Positions 10,049-23,143 are shown, numbered from the whole stretch's first letter. The stretch is DNA of 63,492 nt, filler included, from Globobulimina sp. (GCA_003354225.1; 38 parts of 38 records of this genome joined end to end with filler, not necessarily neighbours in it); one strand, 5' to 3'. Notes: generated by a model not told the origin, from the sequence alone. Made by a program: numbers and translations.

Positions 10049-11622
10049 TGGCAATTATGACAAATTTATCAGTAATACTGATGATATGCTGTTGTTTGCG
10101 AAAGGAAGAAACGTTTCTATAATTTTATGCGCGCATTGTAATGACGGACTGTATGAACTGATTGGTACCAATAATTGCGGTGAATGTGAAAATACAAATG
10201 CTGCGTCAATTATTTTATTATTTGTTATATCATTAATGTTCACGACTTATATAATATTTTTTTACTCAAAAAGCGACTCTTTGTATGAGCGAAAAGATGA
10301 AATAAATTGGACAAAAATTTTAATTAAAGATGAATCTGTATTTTCTAAATTATTATTGTTCAAAATATTAATGTATTATTATCAATCATTGAGCCAGATC
10401 TTATATACAAAAGGTTTAAATCCATCATCTCAGTTTGAGGTTATTTGGCTATCCATGTTTAATTTTGATATAGTTTCATCATCGCCAGGTACATCGGATG
10501 GATTGTGTGTGATTGCAAAGATATCGTCAGGTTTACATGAAATATGTATCTCATATTTATTTTATGCCTTCCTCGCCATAAATATTTCAATTTTATGTCT
10601 GCTAAAACATTATTACAGAGATATCTCGTTGTCTTATTTAATATGTTGCAATAAATTTCATGCGTTAAGAGCTACATTAGATGACTATAAATCAAATTTG
10701 CAGACTGGAATAGTTAATATTATTGTAATGTCATCTGGCTCGTTATTATCGACATCATTTAAATTAGTCACTTGCACTCAAGTATTAGACTCAAAAATGT
10801 TGCATTTCTACGATGCTACACAAGAATGTTTTGGTGGTGTTTGGTTTTTAGGCTTTTCTGTGATTTTATTTATTTGTGGGTTTTGGATATTTTTATTATT
10901 GCAATGACTCGACAATCGACGGAACAAAAAGAAAATCAGTCGAATCCATATAAAAAATTAACTAAATATTTTCAAGACGGATTTATATTTTCAAGACGCT
11001 GGGAATTTGTGTTATTTTCAAGGCGATTTTTTATTGCATTATTAGTCTCAATCAATTTTGTACAACCAAATGTCACAAATATTTTATTAATTACGTTATT
11101 AAGCTGTTATTTAGCACTACAAACATATTATTCACCATTTATTTATGGAAAAGCGAATTTTGCAGAAACGATATGTTTGCTCGCATTGTTAACAATTACT
11201 GTTTCGATCAGTATTTTTGGTTCGAATGCGTTCGTTTCAACATATGCCACATTTTGGACTGTATTGCCATTTATTATGGCTGTTTTAATTTTATTTAAAA
11301 TCATGTATAGATGGTTTAGATTAAAGTTAAACAAAAATATTAATTTTGAGAAAGAAATGAGAGCATTGAATAAAATCAAAAATCGAATGCCTCAGTCATA
11401 TCGGGAATGGTTAGAAAGTGATATTTATCAACATCAGGTATCACAATCGCAACAAAAGACAATTACGACCAGTGATGGTAGCGGTGATGATATAATACCA
11501 GATATAATTGGTGCAATGATGCAACAAGTCAGCAAAAGTGGCGTGAAACATAGTATCGATCATATTGTAATTCAGCAATTTCCGACATGGCAGGCAAATG
11601 CAAGTGGTGGTAAAAGCATATC
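10049..11622 (+). CDS. C-terminal multi-pass membrane region of a large Cys-rich surface protein, frameshifted near 10890
   Basis: LCAHCNDG..CGEC followed by TM helices, KILMYYYQSL, KLVTC, HFYDATQECF, WEFVLFSRRFFI and PFIYGKANFAETICL. The protein continues from ORF 10086-10907 into ORF 10772- in another frame. Confidence 0.7.
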
Positions 11623-11858
11623 NNNNNNNNNNNNNNNNNNNNNNNNNNNNNNNNNNNNNNNNNNNNTTAATTAATTAANNNNNNNNNNNNNNNNNNNNNN
11701 NNNNNNNNNNNNNNNNNNNNNNGGTGTGCCTTTTATTAACGAAAATGTTTTATTTAATAAACTTTAATCTTTAACGCTTTTCATCTTTATAATTAGTTAA
11801 AATTTAAGAAACATCTGCAGAAACTCACTGGCTTTCTTGTTACTTCAACGTTATTATA

Positions 11859-13296
11859 ATGGCAAAAAAAGCGATTAAACATAATATTCCTCCAGAAATG
11901 CTTAGCAAAGCCAAGGCAAACATAATTGTATGTTCTGTATCTGCATTGGCTATACATGCAAATGTACGAACATATACAAGAAATCGTCGGAAAGAAACAT
12001 CAATTATCGATGTAACAAAATTATCACATCGTTAAATAAAACCAGCAAAAATAATCCAAAATGTTGTGGACTGCTCAAACAGTTTGAATTAAATTCAAAT
12101 ACGAATGGGCAACTTTTAAAAAATATATGTGTTGCGTTGGAAGAGTGGCAGGGAGGAAACTATGATAACCCATTAAAAGATGATGAAGAATGCTTTAAAA
12201 AGGTCTACGTACACACAATATTTTGCGTGCACAATTTAATTAACATAAATTATTTAGATACGAGCACATTGGAACAGACACAAACCACAACAACTTGGTA
12301 ATGAATTATTTTGTGTACTATTTGGGAATTTATTCAAGGTATGTTATTTCAACAGTGCTTCGTGATGTTATTTTCATCGGCTGCTTCGACAGATTGTGGT
12401 AGAAATAACAGGATTGTTACAAAAGGAACAAGTTCTTTTCTATATTGATTTATTCCTTGATTTAGGAAAAGAAACAATCCGATTTGATCAAAGCATGGTA
12501 TGTTATCTTTTGTGCTTTATATTATAGTATTTATCTTTATATATATCTCAGCCACGTCCAGTTATTCCAAATGCGTGTTTTGGGAAAGCGAATAACTTTA
12601 AGAGGTTTTGTAAGAATATATTGGAATCGTTTGTGGGGAATAATGTTAAATGGAATGACATAAAGGCGACAAAATCTGTTCGAGATAGTAATTCTGGTTT
12701 AACAAAAACTAAATATATTAAGAATGCACATAGGTATATACCGTAACTGTATACCTTTGTAATTTTCTATTACATTGTATACATTGATTGATTGTTAACA
12801 CACAGATCACAAACTCTTGCTGGGTCATATTATAAATGTTTGACACATATTAAACCATTGATATTAAATGCATCAAATGATTTTATTCATCATTCAATCC
12901 AAATGCATTTAAATTGGATAAATCAAACATTTGGTATTTAATTTCGTTTCTGTTTTGATTATTGAGATTTTCATGTTATCCCTACATAATTACATATTTC
13001 ATTGACAGGTGATATGTTAACAATAATTAAATGCTCATCGATTCCACGATTCCAAAATATTTCATCTCAATCGGCTAATCACGATCAACATCCACCAGCT
13101 GCTACAGAAAATAATATGAGTATTGGTGAATTCGAAGAAGAAACAAAGTTGGAATATCCAAGAAGTCAAACATGCGCAGGCATTCCATCTGAAACCGCAT
13201 GGGCATATTCCGAACCGTGTTATTGCACAAATCAAACCCATATGCCAGTAATGCCAATTATTCAAAATCAACGATATTTCCCAAATTATAATTATC
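11859..13296 (+). CDS. Multi-exon protein of unknown function (7 exons visible, 3' partial)
   Basis: Six short GT-AG introns (first at 11928-11980) join MAKKAIKH..., KSSERN..., IRAHWNRH..., IVVEITG..., PRPVIPN..., SQTLAG... and GDMLTII... in frame. Confidence 0.7.
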
Positions 13297-13396
13297 NNNN
13301 NNNNNNNNNNNNNNNNNNNNNNNNNNNNNNNNNNNNNNNNTTAATTAATTAANNNNNNNNNNNNNNNNNNNNNNNNNNNNNNNNNNNNNNNNNNNN

Positions 13397-14783
13397 AAAT
13401 AACAGCTAAGCAATTAACTGCATATAATCCAGGACCAAAAGCAACTATAGAAACGAAAGGGAAAGGATTAGAGCCACCGCCAAAACCATTGGATAAGCAT
13501 GGAAACGCCATACCAGATAAAAAAAAGACAATTAAAGGACTAAAGCCGCCACCCCAACCAATTGAAACTAAGCCAAAAATGATCAGAGAGAAGGAATATA
13601 AACGAAAGCCAACGGGTCAAATGAAGCACATTGCAGCGACGTTTAATGTGCATTTAGATAAACCATTGGCAATTATTGGGGCGCAGTTTGCAGATTTTAG
13701 TGAAAATAATCAACGTTTACGAAGAAACCAAGCCATTGATTTAGCGAGATTTGCCAATTTGTATCAAAAGGATTATCATATTATTGTCGTTGGCGATTTT
13801 CAATGTTACGTTTACGTTCACGTTCAGTTTTTTGCAACATACCAAATGTGCTATATCCACATTGCTAAATCTTGGATGTAGCTCTTTGAAGTTGCCATGT
13901 TACAAAAAACTTACTTACTTTTACTTAAGTCAATGTCACCGTTTTTTGTGTTTACGTTTTATACATGAAATAATTAGCTGTGCCGGAAGGTGAAGTATTG
14001 AAGCGATTGTCCGAGGACACCGGCTTTAAAAACATTGGCTATAAATATTTTGACCGCGATGATTTCACATACTTAAGTCAATTAAGTATGGGTATGTTGG
14101 ATAATATCTTTACATCACAAGCCCTGTACCAAAAGATCCAAGACACGCAAATTGATTACAGCCATCGCAGACCGATATTCCCATTCAGCAATCATTTGCC
14201 ATTACTCATCGATATAGATACCACTTGGTTTGGTGGCTGGGGATCGCAATTGGGCAGACCGCCGAGGTTCAAATCGATTGCAAAGCATAGCAATGGGGAA
14301 CAAAAAAAGGAACCAGCCGTACATAACAATAAAGATTATAATGATGGCTATGCTGCCTACGGTGGACAGACAGATGGAGATCATACCAACTATGAAAGGG
14401 ACAAACCGCAATTGGTTGGCGCTCCGCAGGTAAATATACCACCACAGGATCAAATGGCTGAGCCTCCACCGCCTTTAATTGCGACGCATAAAGCGAATGT
14501 AGAGGACAACGAGCAGCATGATGCGTATTATGGATATGATGATTTGTTGATAGATCATAGCAGATATAAACCGGAAAAGAAGATAGAAATGTCACAGAAT
14601 GAGGATGGATATAATATTTCGGATTCTGTATTGACAAAACGTTGGCTACAAACTGCGTTAAAATGGATGATATATGGCTTGGTTGGCATTTTTTGTTTGA
14701 TTATTGGTGCGTGTTTTGGTTGGCTTTTTGTTGGGTTTTGGAAATCATACAAAGGCAGAGTTGTTCATATGAGTAGGTTTTGA
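13397..14783 (+). CDS. EEP-family phosphoesterase with C-terminal transmembrane anchor (5' partial)
   Basis: FNVHL, IIVVGDFQ, intron 13805-13977, FTY, LDNIF, SNHLPLLIDI, then a hydrophobic C-terminal helix. Confidence 0.8.
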
Positions 14784-15070
14784 AAATAACTTAAATTGTG
14801 TAAATTTTTTTTTATTCAAATGTTGGTTTCTATGAATACTGTGCTTGTTTACATTAAAATAGAGAGAGTTTTTTTTAGTAAAATCCAAATTGAGCTTCCA
14901 TGGCTTTTGTTTCTTATAATGACGCTAAATCAATGCGATTACAGCACATATTAACGCAGGTTTGGAATATNNNNNNNNNNNNNNNNNNNNNNNNNNNNNN
15001 NNNNNNNNNNNNNNTTAATTAATTAANNNNNNNNNNNNNNNNNNNNNNNNNNNNNNNNNNNNNNNNNNNN

Positions 15071-15280
15071 TGACGATACATAGACAATTGGATGATTGTT
15101 AAATATTATATGTTTTATACATCTTGGAGCTATTATGGAGGTGTCTCCGTACATTTCAATTGCGAAACCTTTCGGAATATTCAATCTGTTCATCTTTTCA
15201 ATGAGAGCATTGTTGTCGACGGTTGCTTGTCCGTAGACGCACGTATAGCTATGCAAAGACAGCAAGGAAGTCACCAACAT
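15071..15280 (-). CDS. Secreted protein N terminus, resembling glucose/sorbosone dehydrogenase beta-propellers
   Basis: Signal peptide followed by LNIPKGFAIEMYG..IIAPR..IVYVS. Only about 70 aa are visible. Confidence 0.5.
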
Positions 15281-15313
15281 CTTCAGTAAAGTTTTAGTGC
15301 TATTATAAATGCA

Positions 15314-16644
15314 ATGTCCTCAAGACTTTTAAGACCGTTTGATACTTTTCAGTCTAAATTGTATAAGAACTACTGTGTATATCTTAGCAATCAAAAATAC
15401 CATCAAAATCAGAATGTATTCACCAAAAAACACTACAATAGTTATGATGAATTTTATTCCTCATTTCAATGGAATATACCCAAATATTTCAACATTGGAT
15501 ATTCGTGTTGTGATTATCATGTTGATATTGGCAATGGAGACAAAATGGCATTGTATGATTACACAAATTCTTCACAATATACATTCAATGATTTATACAA
15601 TGCCTCAAATAAACTTTGCAATGCATTGAAACATTACAACGCAAACATCACAGATCGTATTGGTATACTATTACCGCAAAGTTTCGAATGTGCAATAGCT
15701 CATTTTGCAACATATAAAATAGGCTGTATAGCACTGCCATTATTCATATTGTTTGGCACAGATTCGTTACTTTATCGGTTAAATGACGCCCAATGCAAAA
15801 TACTTATAACCAATGAAGCTTGTTTACAGACCATATTATCCATAAAAGATGAACTGCATTCCTTGCAATATATAATTGTGACTGGCGACAACATTAAAAA
15901 CAATGACAACTACATTCTATCATTTAACGCATTAATAAACAGTGCATCTGCACACTTTGACTGCATCAACACATTGGCAGATGACCCAGCAATTATTATT
16001 TATACATCAGGCACCACTGGCAACGCCAAAGGGTGTCTTCATGCTCACCGTGTACTGCTGGGACGTTTGCCTGGCATTGAAGTACCACAGCAATTTAATT
16101 CGGAGCAGAATAAAGTATTTTGGACACCCGCTGATTTCGCGTGGATTGGGGGATTGTTAGCGGGCTTAATGCCAAGTTTATATTATGGTGTTCCGGTTGT
16201 ATGCCATCAACGAAGTAAATTTGATGCAGAGGAAGCATTTTGGTTACTGGCACATTTTGGAATTACAACCACATTCCTGCCGCCAACGGCACTTAAAGTG
16301 ATGAAGCAGTTCACTGAAAACATTGGATATGACGAGAAATATTATCATAACATGTTGAATGTTTCGAGTGGCGGGGAATATCTTGGCGAGCATTTGCATG
16401 AATGGGGACGGAGGCATTTCAATGTTGAGATCAATGAATTTTACTCTCAGACTGAATGCAGTGTGGTTGTAAGCAATGCTCCGCATATTTTTGAAAATAA
16501 ATCAGGTTCAATGGGAAGGAGTGTGCCTGGCCATATTGTGGAGATTGTTGATGATGATGGAAATGTGATAAATGAGGCGGATGTAGTTGGGCAGATTGGT
16601 GTGGCCGCACCCGATCCAGTCATGTTTTTAAATTATTGGATGGA
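15314..16644 (+). CDS. Acyl-CoA (acetyl/medium-chain) synthetase, AMP-binding family (3' partial)
   Basis: FQWNIPKYFNIG, IIYTSGTTGNAKG, WTPADFAWIGGL, SGGE, EFYSQTEC, GSMGRSVPG. The basic Ser/Arg/Leu N-terminal extension resembles a mitochondrial presequence. Confidence 0.93.
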
Positions 16645-16985
16645 NNNNNNNNNNNNNNNNNNNNNNNNNNNNNNNNNNNNNNNNNNNNTTAATTAATTAA
16701 NNNNNNNNNNNNNNNNNNNNNNNNNNNNNNNNNNNNNNNNNNNNTCCCCAGTTTCTTGCTCTTTTAATTCCAAAAAACAATGGGGGAAAAACAAAATAAT
16801 TTGAGATTGAAACGGAGCGAAAATGGAGATTTGCGAGAAACAAACTTGAAAAGGAAAAAAGTTTCGATGCGTGACATTATATTCCAAATTGGGTGAAAAT
16901 GGCAGCTCAAATAACAAAATAGAAAGTAGAGAAGAAATAAAATATATTATATTACATTTTTATTTTATGTCACTGCGAATTCTAA

Positions 16986-18317
16986 TTAATAATTTTCGCA
17001 GAAATTATATTGGTAATTTTGATAACCATTTTGATTTAAATTATAATTAGTATTTGAAACCTGTAATTGATTGAATTTTTGTTTAACAAAAGTCAACTCA
17101 TTTTCTGATTGCCTTAATTTCATTTCGCGGTCAGTTAAATCGGTCTGCAACGACTGGTTTCTTTTCACATATTCTTCCAAATGCGATGATTGCACAAATC
17201 TCTCTTTCTCTAATAACGATATGTACTCTTTATCCTTCGTCATTAATTCGTACTCTTTGCCTGTTTTATTATTAATTAAAAAACATCTGAAAATGGCATG
17301 GGAACTATTTATTACATTCCACGTACACCCAAAATGTAGATAATTAAGATAGATTTGCTCTGGTTTGCTGTTTCAGACATAGCGGCATGGCATACCTTGC
17401 GATTCAGTCTTAATAACATCGAGAGCATCGTACATAGTGTTATAAATATGTTCCACTTTCACAATATCGTGATACAAATCATTCATTCGAATCTTGACAG
17501 TTTCATCGTCTTCCATTCCAATCGCATTTGTCAAGTTACACTGCCTTTTTTTCAAGGTCTCATATTGCGAACCATACTGCTTCACCATTTTCATGAACTC
17601 TTTGACGCGGTTACTATTCAAATACAGCGCACTCAAAACACTTTGTTCAATCTGCTTTTTATTGTCTTGCACCGATTTCTCGTATTCCAAGTCGTTCATT
17701 TTACGTTTTAAGTTTGTCAGTTCTTTCTGCAATGCAGTGTTCTGCGCAGTGAGTGTGCCGATTTGTAGCGAAAACTCGTCGCATTGCACGCTGTGTGCTT
17801 TTTTTAAGTCTGCCAATTCTTGCTCTAACAAAGTATTCCGGGCACGCAATTTTAACATATCTTCATCTTCTTCCTCCTGGATGGTGCATAATGGTTTGTT
17901 GTCTTCATTGTCTTTGAAGGTTTGTATGACATTAATAGCTTCGTCAAAGGCGGTCTGTAAGGACCAAAGTCGACTTTGCATTAATTGGATTTGTTTGTTT
18001 TTGTGAGCCACTTCGGTTTGCGTTGGGATTGGGAATAATGAGCTTGTTGGGTTTGGTGAGAGCATGATGGGCAAACATGAAGGGTCGTTTTGAGATGGCA
18101 CGGACTGTGTATATATAGATGTAGTGTTGTTGTGTTTGTATGTGTTTTTTTGTGGAGAAAATATATTTCGAGTTGTTTAATATGTTTATATGTTTATAAC
18201 TGGAATTGTTGGCATTGGCATTGTTGGTATTGGCATATTGATATTGATATTGATATTGGCTAGATTTGCTATGGACGCTTCTGTGTTGATGTTGTTCATA
18301 AAATTGTTGAAGTTCAT
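16986..18317 (-). CDS. Coiled-coil protein of unknown function (3 exons)
   Basis: MNFNNFM...PTIP | SVPSQND...ESQ | GKEYELMTK... joined by GT-AG introns. Heptad-rich. Confidence 0.65.
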
Positions 18318-18418
18318 TNNNNNNNNNNNNNNNNNNNNNNNNNNNNNNNNNNNNNNNNNNNNTTAATTAATTAANNNNNNNNNNNNNNNNNNNNNNNNNN
18401 NNNNNNNNNNNNNNNNNN

Positions 18419-19859
18419 AAGTGATTCGCAGCATTCGCATTCGGTGTTACACATAAATCCTTTTCAGCGGTATAATCAAAGGACCAGCCCCATAACACAT
18501 TGCATAGTTGCGTGCCATTTGTATATCTCTCCTCAAAGGTTAAGCACGCCTCACTTGACGGACAACGCGTGGATCCATCCGTGGTATAATCCCACTCCGT
18601 CACCCAATTCGTAACACAGGCTAAGTCTGCTCTGCATGCTTCAAACCAATGATCGCAATATTGCCCACAAATCGGTGCACGATTCAACGAACCCGGCCAT
18701 GTTCCAGCAAAATATATCATATTTGGGTCACATCGATACATACATTCAATCTCAATGAAAAAGTCTTCGCATTCGGCACTAATCGGTCCACAATGTGTCC
18801 AATTAAATATAGCATCGCCATCCTGTATATGGGTCACTGTGGAGGCTGCTAATTGTTGCGTGAATTCTGCACTGCAACAACTCGAATCCTTATAATTTAA
18901 ACAAGCTGCATACGTCTCATCTTCTGCAGACGGCGAAATCTTATGTTTACCTTCAGATTCTAAACATATGCTGGCATCCGCTGGACAGTCCCAATGAATG
19001 GTGTCTTATAAAAGCAGTAAAATGTAAGGTGTTGCACTTAATTTTATGCTTTTGTACTTGTATTAATTTAGCATAAATGCAAATGTTGTTTACTGTATAC
19101 GTGTTAAGCACACATAAAGCGCTTGAAAACGGAATCGCGAACGCAAAAACCAGTGCGTTTTTAAAATCACATACCCGGTGAGTCAATCGTAGGGACTTCG
19201 CTACATTGCTGGGCAAATATTTCATGAGTGACCAATGTGTTAACTTCATAACGGTTTGGCTCAAAACATAAATCCTGTTCAGCGGTATAATTAAACGTAT
19301 TGCCCCATAACACATTGCATAATTCTTCACCATCAGCATAGCGCGCACTGAATGGTTGACAGTTAGAATTGGTGGGACATTGGGTAGAGCCATCAGCGGC
19401 ATACTCCCAATCAAATACCCAATCTGTAGCGCAGGACAAATCATCCTGGCAAGCATTGAACCAATGATCGCAATATTGACCGCAAAGCGGTACACGATTT
19501 AACGATGAATTCCATGCACCAGCGAAAAATATCATATTTGGATCACATCGATATAAACATTCAATTTCGATGAAATATTGTTCACATTCGGCGCTCATTG
19601 CCCCGCAATGGGTCCAATTAAATATAGAAGCTCCATCTTGTATATGACTCACTGTTGATTGTGCTAATTGTTGAGTGAATGCGGCGGTGCAACAACTCGA
19701 TTCTTGGTAATTTAGACATGCTGCATATGAGCTATTTTCTGGCGATGCGTGTGCTTTGTGTTTGTCGCCTGTTAAACATGCAGTTGAATCCGTTGGACAG
19801 GACCACGGTAATGAAGTGGCGACATGTAATAATGGAATTAAAACGGTGAAGAAAATCAT
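18419..19859 (-). CDS. Secreted protein with two tandem riboflavin-binding-protein/folate-receptor domains (3' partial)
   Basis: Signal peptide, then domain 1: CLTGDKHKAHASPE..SSCCTAAFTQQLA..FNWTHCG..IECLYRCDP..VPLCGQYCDHWFNAC..LCNVLWG. Intron 19174-19005 (G|gtatgt...ataag|AC) links in frame to a second full copy, WDCP..CLESEGKHK..SSCCSAEFTQQLA..IECMYRCDP..LCNVLWG. Confidence 0.9.
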
Positions 19860-20092
19860 CGCTTTTGATGAAGGCGCAATGGTTGATTAGAAAAAGTTGT
19901 GCGTTAAGCCAGTATTTTTAATAGTTATCTTCAAGATATATAGAGTTGTCTTCACTTGTCTTGGTCATCATGTCGTCTGTCCGTTTATTAATNNNNNNNN
20001 NNNNNNNNNNNNNNNNNNNNNNNNNNNNNNNNNNNNTTAATTAATTAANNNNNNNNNNNNNNNNNNNNNNNNNNNNNNNNNNNNNNNNNNNN

Positions 20093-21666
20093 AGATATTT
20101 GCATGTGAGGCCCGATGACGAAAATGAAATTGTAATGAAAAGTACACATCAAAGCCAGTACTGGATCCACCAAATTTTAGTAAATCGGAACAAAATTCAC
20201 CATTATCGTTCCTTGACCTCTTTGACCAATGTATCTCACATCGATGGAGCTGTAATTGAGGAATAAAATAATGGGCAGACACTGACGCATCAACAAAAGA
20301 TGGATAGCCTGCAATTCGCACTTCAATTTTGAACATATTTTCAATATTTCCACTTTTTTGAACCAATATCAAACAACTCACTTCATTGAATGTCGAGTCA
20401 TATGTCTCATTCGTATCATTTACTATGTTACATTTAATAACATCACTTATTATTCTCTTTCCTCCCCAAAACTTTTTTAATTCGTTCCCATTTACATGCA
20501 ATTCATACCAATATCTTCTTTGATCATTCACCATTTTTTTATTTTTTAATTTTTCCAACATATTACTATAACAAAGTTGATAATTTTTTTTAAACGGTTC
20601 AATGTCATATATATTTCTTAAGTAATTTAGATGTAATTCTTCATCAACAGCTACAGCTTTAATGTCAATTATTTTAACATACATTGAAACATTCAAAGAT
20701 TTTAACTTTTCGAGCTCCAATATCTTGAATACTTTGTCAGTTCTGTCACTAACTTTTCTTATACATAATCTTGTGTGTAAACACCAGTTCAATTCCTCAC
20801 AAAATAAATAAATTTCAAAGCGCAGCAATTGTATAAAAAGTGGCAGTGATTTGGCAATAATATGGAAACGAAAAGCTTCATCGCGAGCGTATCGAATGCC
20901 TGCTCCCAATATAATATTTTCAGAGACATCTTCTTTCTGTTCCACATAATCAAATTTATGCAATATTTGGTCAATCATTGACAATGGCCGTGGATTAATA
21001 GCCTCATTCGCTTTATATTTATGATCATTGAACAAATATTTCCGAAGATTAATTGTAATTAAATTCCCAGTCTTAATTTCAATCATTTTTCTGCTTCTTT
21101 GACGAAGATGTTTTATTAATCTCTCGTCAATATTTAAAGTACAGTTTGAATGGAAGACATTGTTGCGCATTTTCAGTCTTTTTCGCAATAAATTACACAT
21201 CAACAGTTGTAATTTTTTCTTGTTGTCATCATTCAAATATTTTGCAACTGTTTGAACAAAAAAAATTAAAAGCAATTTGCTGTGAATGTGACAAAAAATA
21301 ATATAATACTCAACAATGAGAGAATTTTTGTTGACAATGATCACTGAATTTGTTGAACGCAGACTCTTTACATTCTTCATCCATCATTTTATCTTAATAT
21401 TAATTCTATGTTTTGCAGAAAATACACAATGCAAATAAAGTATACCTAATTTATCAAATATAATGCATAAAAAACACATTACGTTTTTATTTAATCCATC
21501 ACTTTGCGAATAATCATTATCGGCTTTTTCATCAAATTCATTCCTAAAATTGACAAGTTTTATCTTTTCAAACTTATCCGTATTTGATATGCATTCATGA
21601 CAAATGCTCGCAGCACATCCAATGCCACCATATTCGCATTCAAATATTGGTTTAGATTTAATGGTT
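20093..21666 (-). CDS. Multi-exon protein of unknown function (partial at both ends)
   Basis: Long open frame 20093-21380 plus an upstream exon with CxxxxxxC..CxxC. No confident domain. Confidence 0.5.
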
Positions 21667-21808
21667 NNNNNNNNNNNNNNNNNNNNNNNNNNNNNNNNNN
21701 NNNNNNNNNNTTAATTAATTAANNNNNNNNNNNNNNNNNNNNNNNNNNNNNNNNNNNNNNNNNNNNCTTATTTACATGCATATAATACAGAGTTACTAAA
21801 AGAATATA

Positions 21809-23143
21809 TCAAATTTTATTTTTGTTATTCTCCACAAATTCATAATCATATTTTTTGCCTTTTGTACTTCCATTTGCATTTTTCCTCATCATACGATAGC
21901 ATATTAAACCAACCTCAATTACAAATAAAATAATTATATGGGATATTAATACTGCTAATACTAAAAATTGTGTGTTAGTCAATACAACCGCATCATTATT
22001 ATTTTCTGTGTATGGACTATGCACAAATTCAAACTTGAACGAAATGCCCCAATGATCAGATAATGGCAATCGTTGTCCATTCACATTGTACGTCTCCGTA
22101 AACTCCCTCTTAAACGACACTGCTCTCATTCCATCCAAACCATTGCCACAAAGTGAATCTCCGTCATATACAAATATATGATCCGAATCTTCATCAATAG
22201 TTAAAAAATTACGATCAACCGCGGATCGATACGCTAAAACATTGGGCAAATCAGAGTGTGGATCCTGATTCAACGTACCACCATCATCCACATGCTCCGG
22301 ATCCATTCCTCCAATGTCCCGCGCATTAATCCATTCATTATCTGTCAAAATCTGTAGATTTTCAGGATGCACAACCTCGCCCATATTAAAATCGCCCGCC
22401 AAAAACAACTGGATAACATTATAATTATCAGAAGCAGACTCCCCATCATTAAGCCATGGAGCTGCATCAGCTGCGAATATATTATCCAATATATAGTGTA
22501 TTTGATACGCATTGAGTTCAACGTGAGAAGAAATGCCCAAATCAGCTTGTTCTTGTGTCGCTGGCATAAAATTCAAAAACGAATATTTGTGATCACATTC
22601 GTGTAAATGTACACATCCAACAATCATTGTATCAGTATTTATATCCGAGGGGTCTGTAAACTCAGAAATGTCAATTTGTGCTAAAACAACTGCTCTTTTC
22701 GATATCCAGGACGGGATTTCAATGTGCCATTGATTAACGATTGGATATTTAGAAAATACGGCCACACCGGAAATGAGATCAATTGGTTGTTGCTGTTGTT
22801 GTGAGCAGTATGCTGTGGTAGCTTGATATGACTCCGTTGAACATCCGTCGAATTTGGAACACATTCCCATACAATAAAGGCATTCCGTATACATTAATTC
22901 ATACATTTGCGGTTTACAGAAAATAGCCATACATCCACCCAATAATTCAGGTTTTGCGGTAAAGGCACTTGTTACGCTACAAATGGAACATGACAAAATA
23001 GTGTCGACTTGTTGTGCAGTGCACGGAGCTCTGGGAAAATCATCAAAATCATATAAATCTGCTTGCGAGAATGAGTATGGATATGCCTCTCTTAATTTGG
23101 TTTGATATGTGACTGCAGTCTGTGGCAGGAATAATTCTTGCAT
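21809..23143 (-). CDS. EEP-family phosphoesterase with Cys-rich insert and C-terminal TM anchor (5' truncated)
   Basis: QE, SGVAVFSKYPI, VHL, AGDFN, DHIFV and SDH motifs. The N-terminal EEP strand and signal peptide are missing, with TAA immediately before the ATG. Confidence 0.85.
   Translation of the reverse strand: MQELFLPQTAVTYQTKLREAYPYSFSQADLYDFDDFPRAPCTAQQVDTILSCSICSVTSAFTAKPELLGGCMAIFCKPQMYELMYTECLYCMGMCSKFDGCSTESYQATTAYCSQQQQQPIDLISGVAVFSKYPIVNQWHIEIPSWISKRAVVLAQIDISEFTDPSDINTDTMIVGCVHLHECDHKYSFLNFMPATQEQADLGISSHVELNAYQIHYILDNIFAADAAPWLNDGESASDNYNVIQLFLAGDFNMGEVVHPENLQILTDNEWINARDIGGMDPEHVDDGGTLNQDPHSDLPNVLAYRSAVDRNFLTIDEDSDHIFVYDGDSLCGNGLDGMRAVSFKREFTETYNVNGQRLPLSDHWGISFKFEFVHSPYTENNNDAVVLTNTQFLVLAVLISHIIILFVIEVGLICYRMMRKNANGSTKGKKYDYEFVENNKNKI

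Noticed and set aside
18953-19495. Overlapping and antisense ORFs in the track (e.g. 18953-19495, 17494-18006, 43576-44019, 51965-52381)
   Set aside because: They are shadow frames of better-supported genes and show no recognisable motifs.
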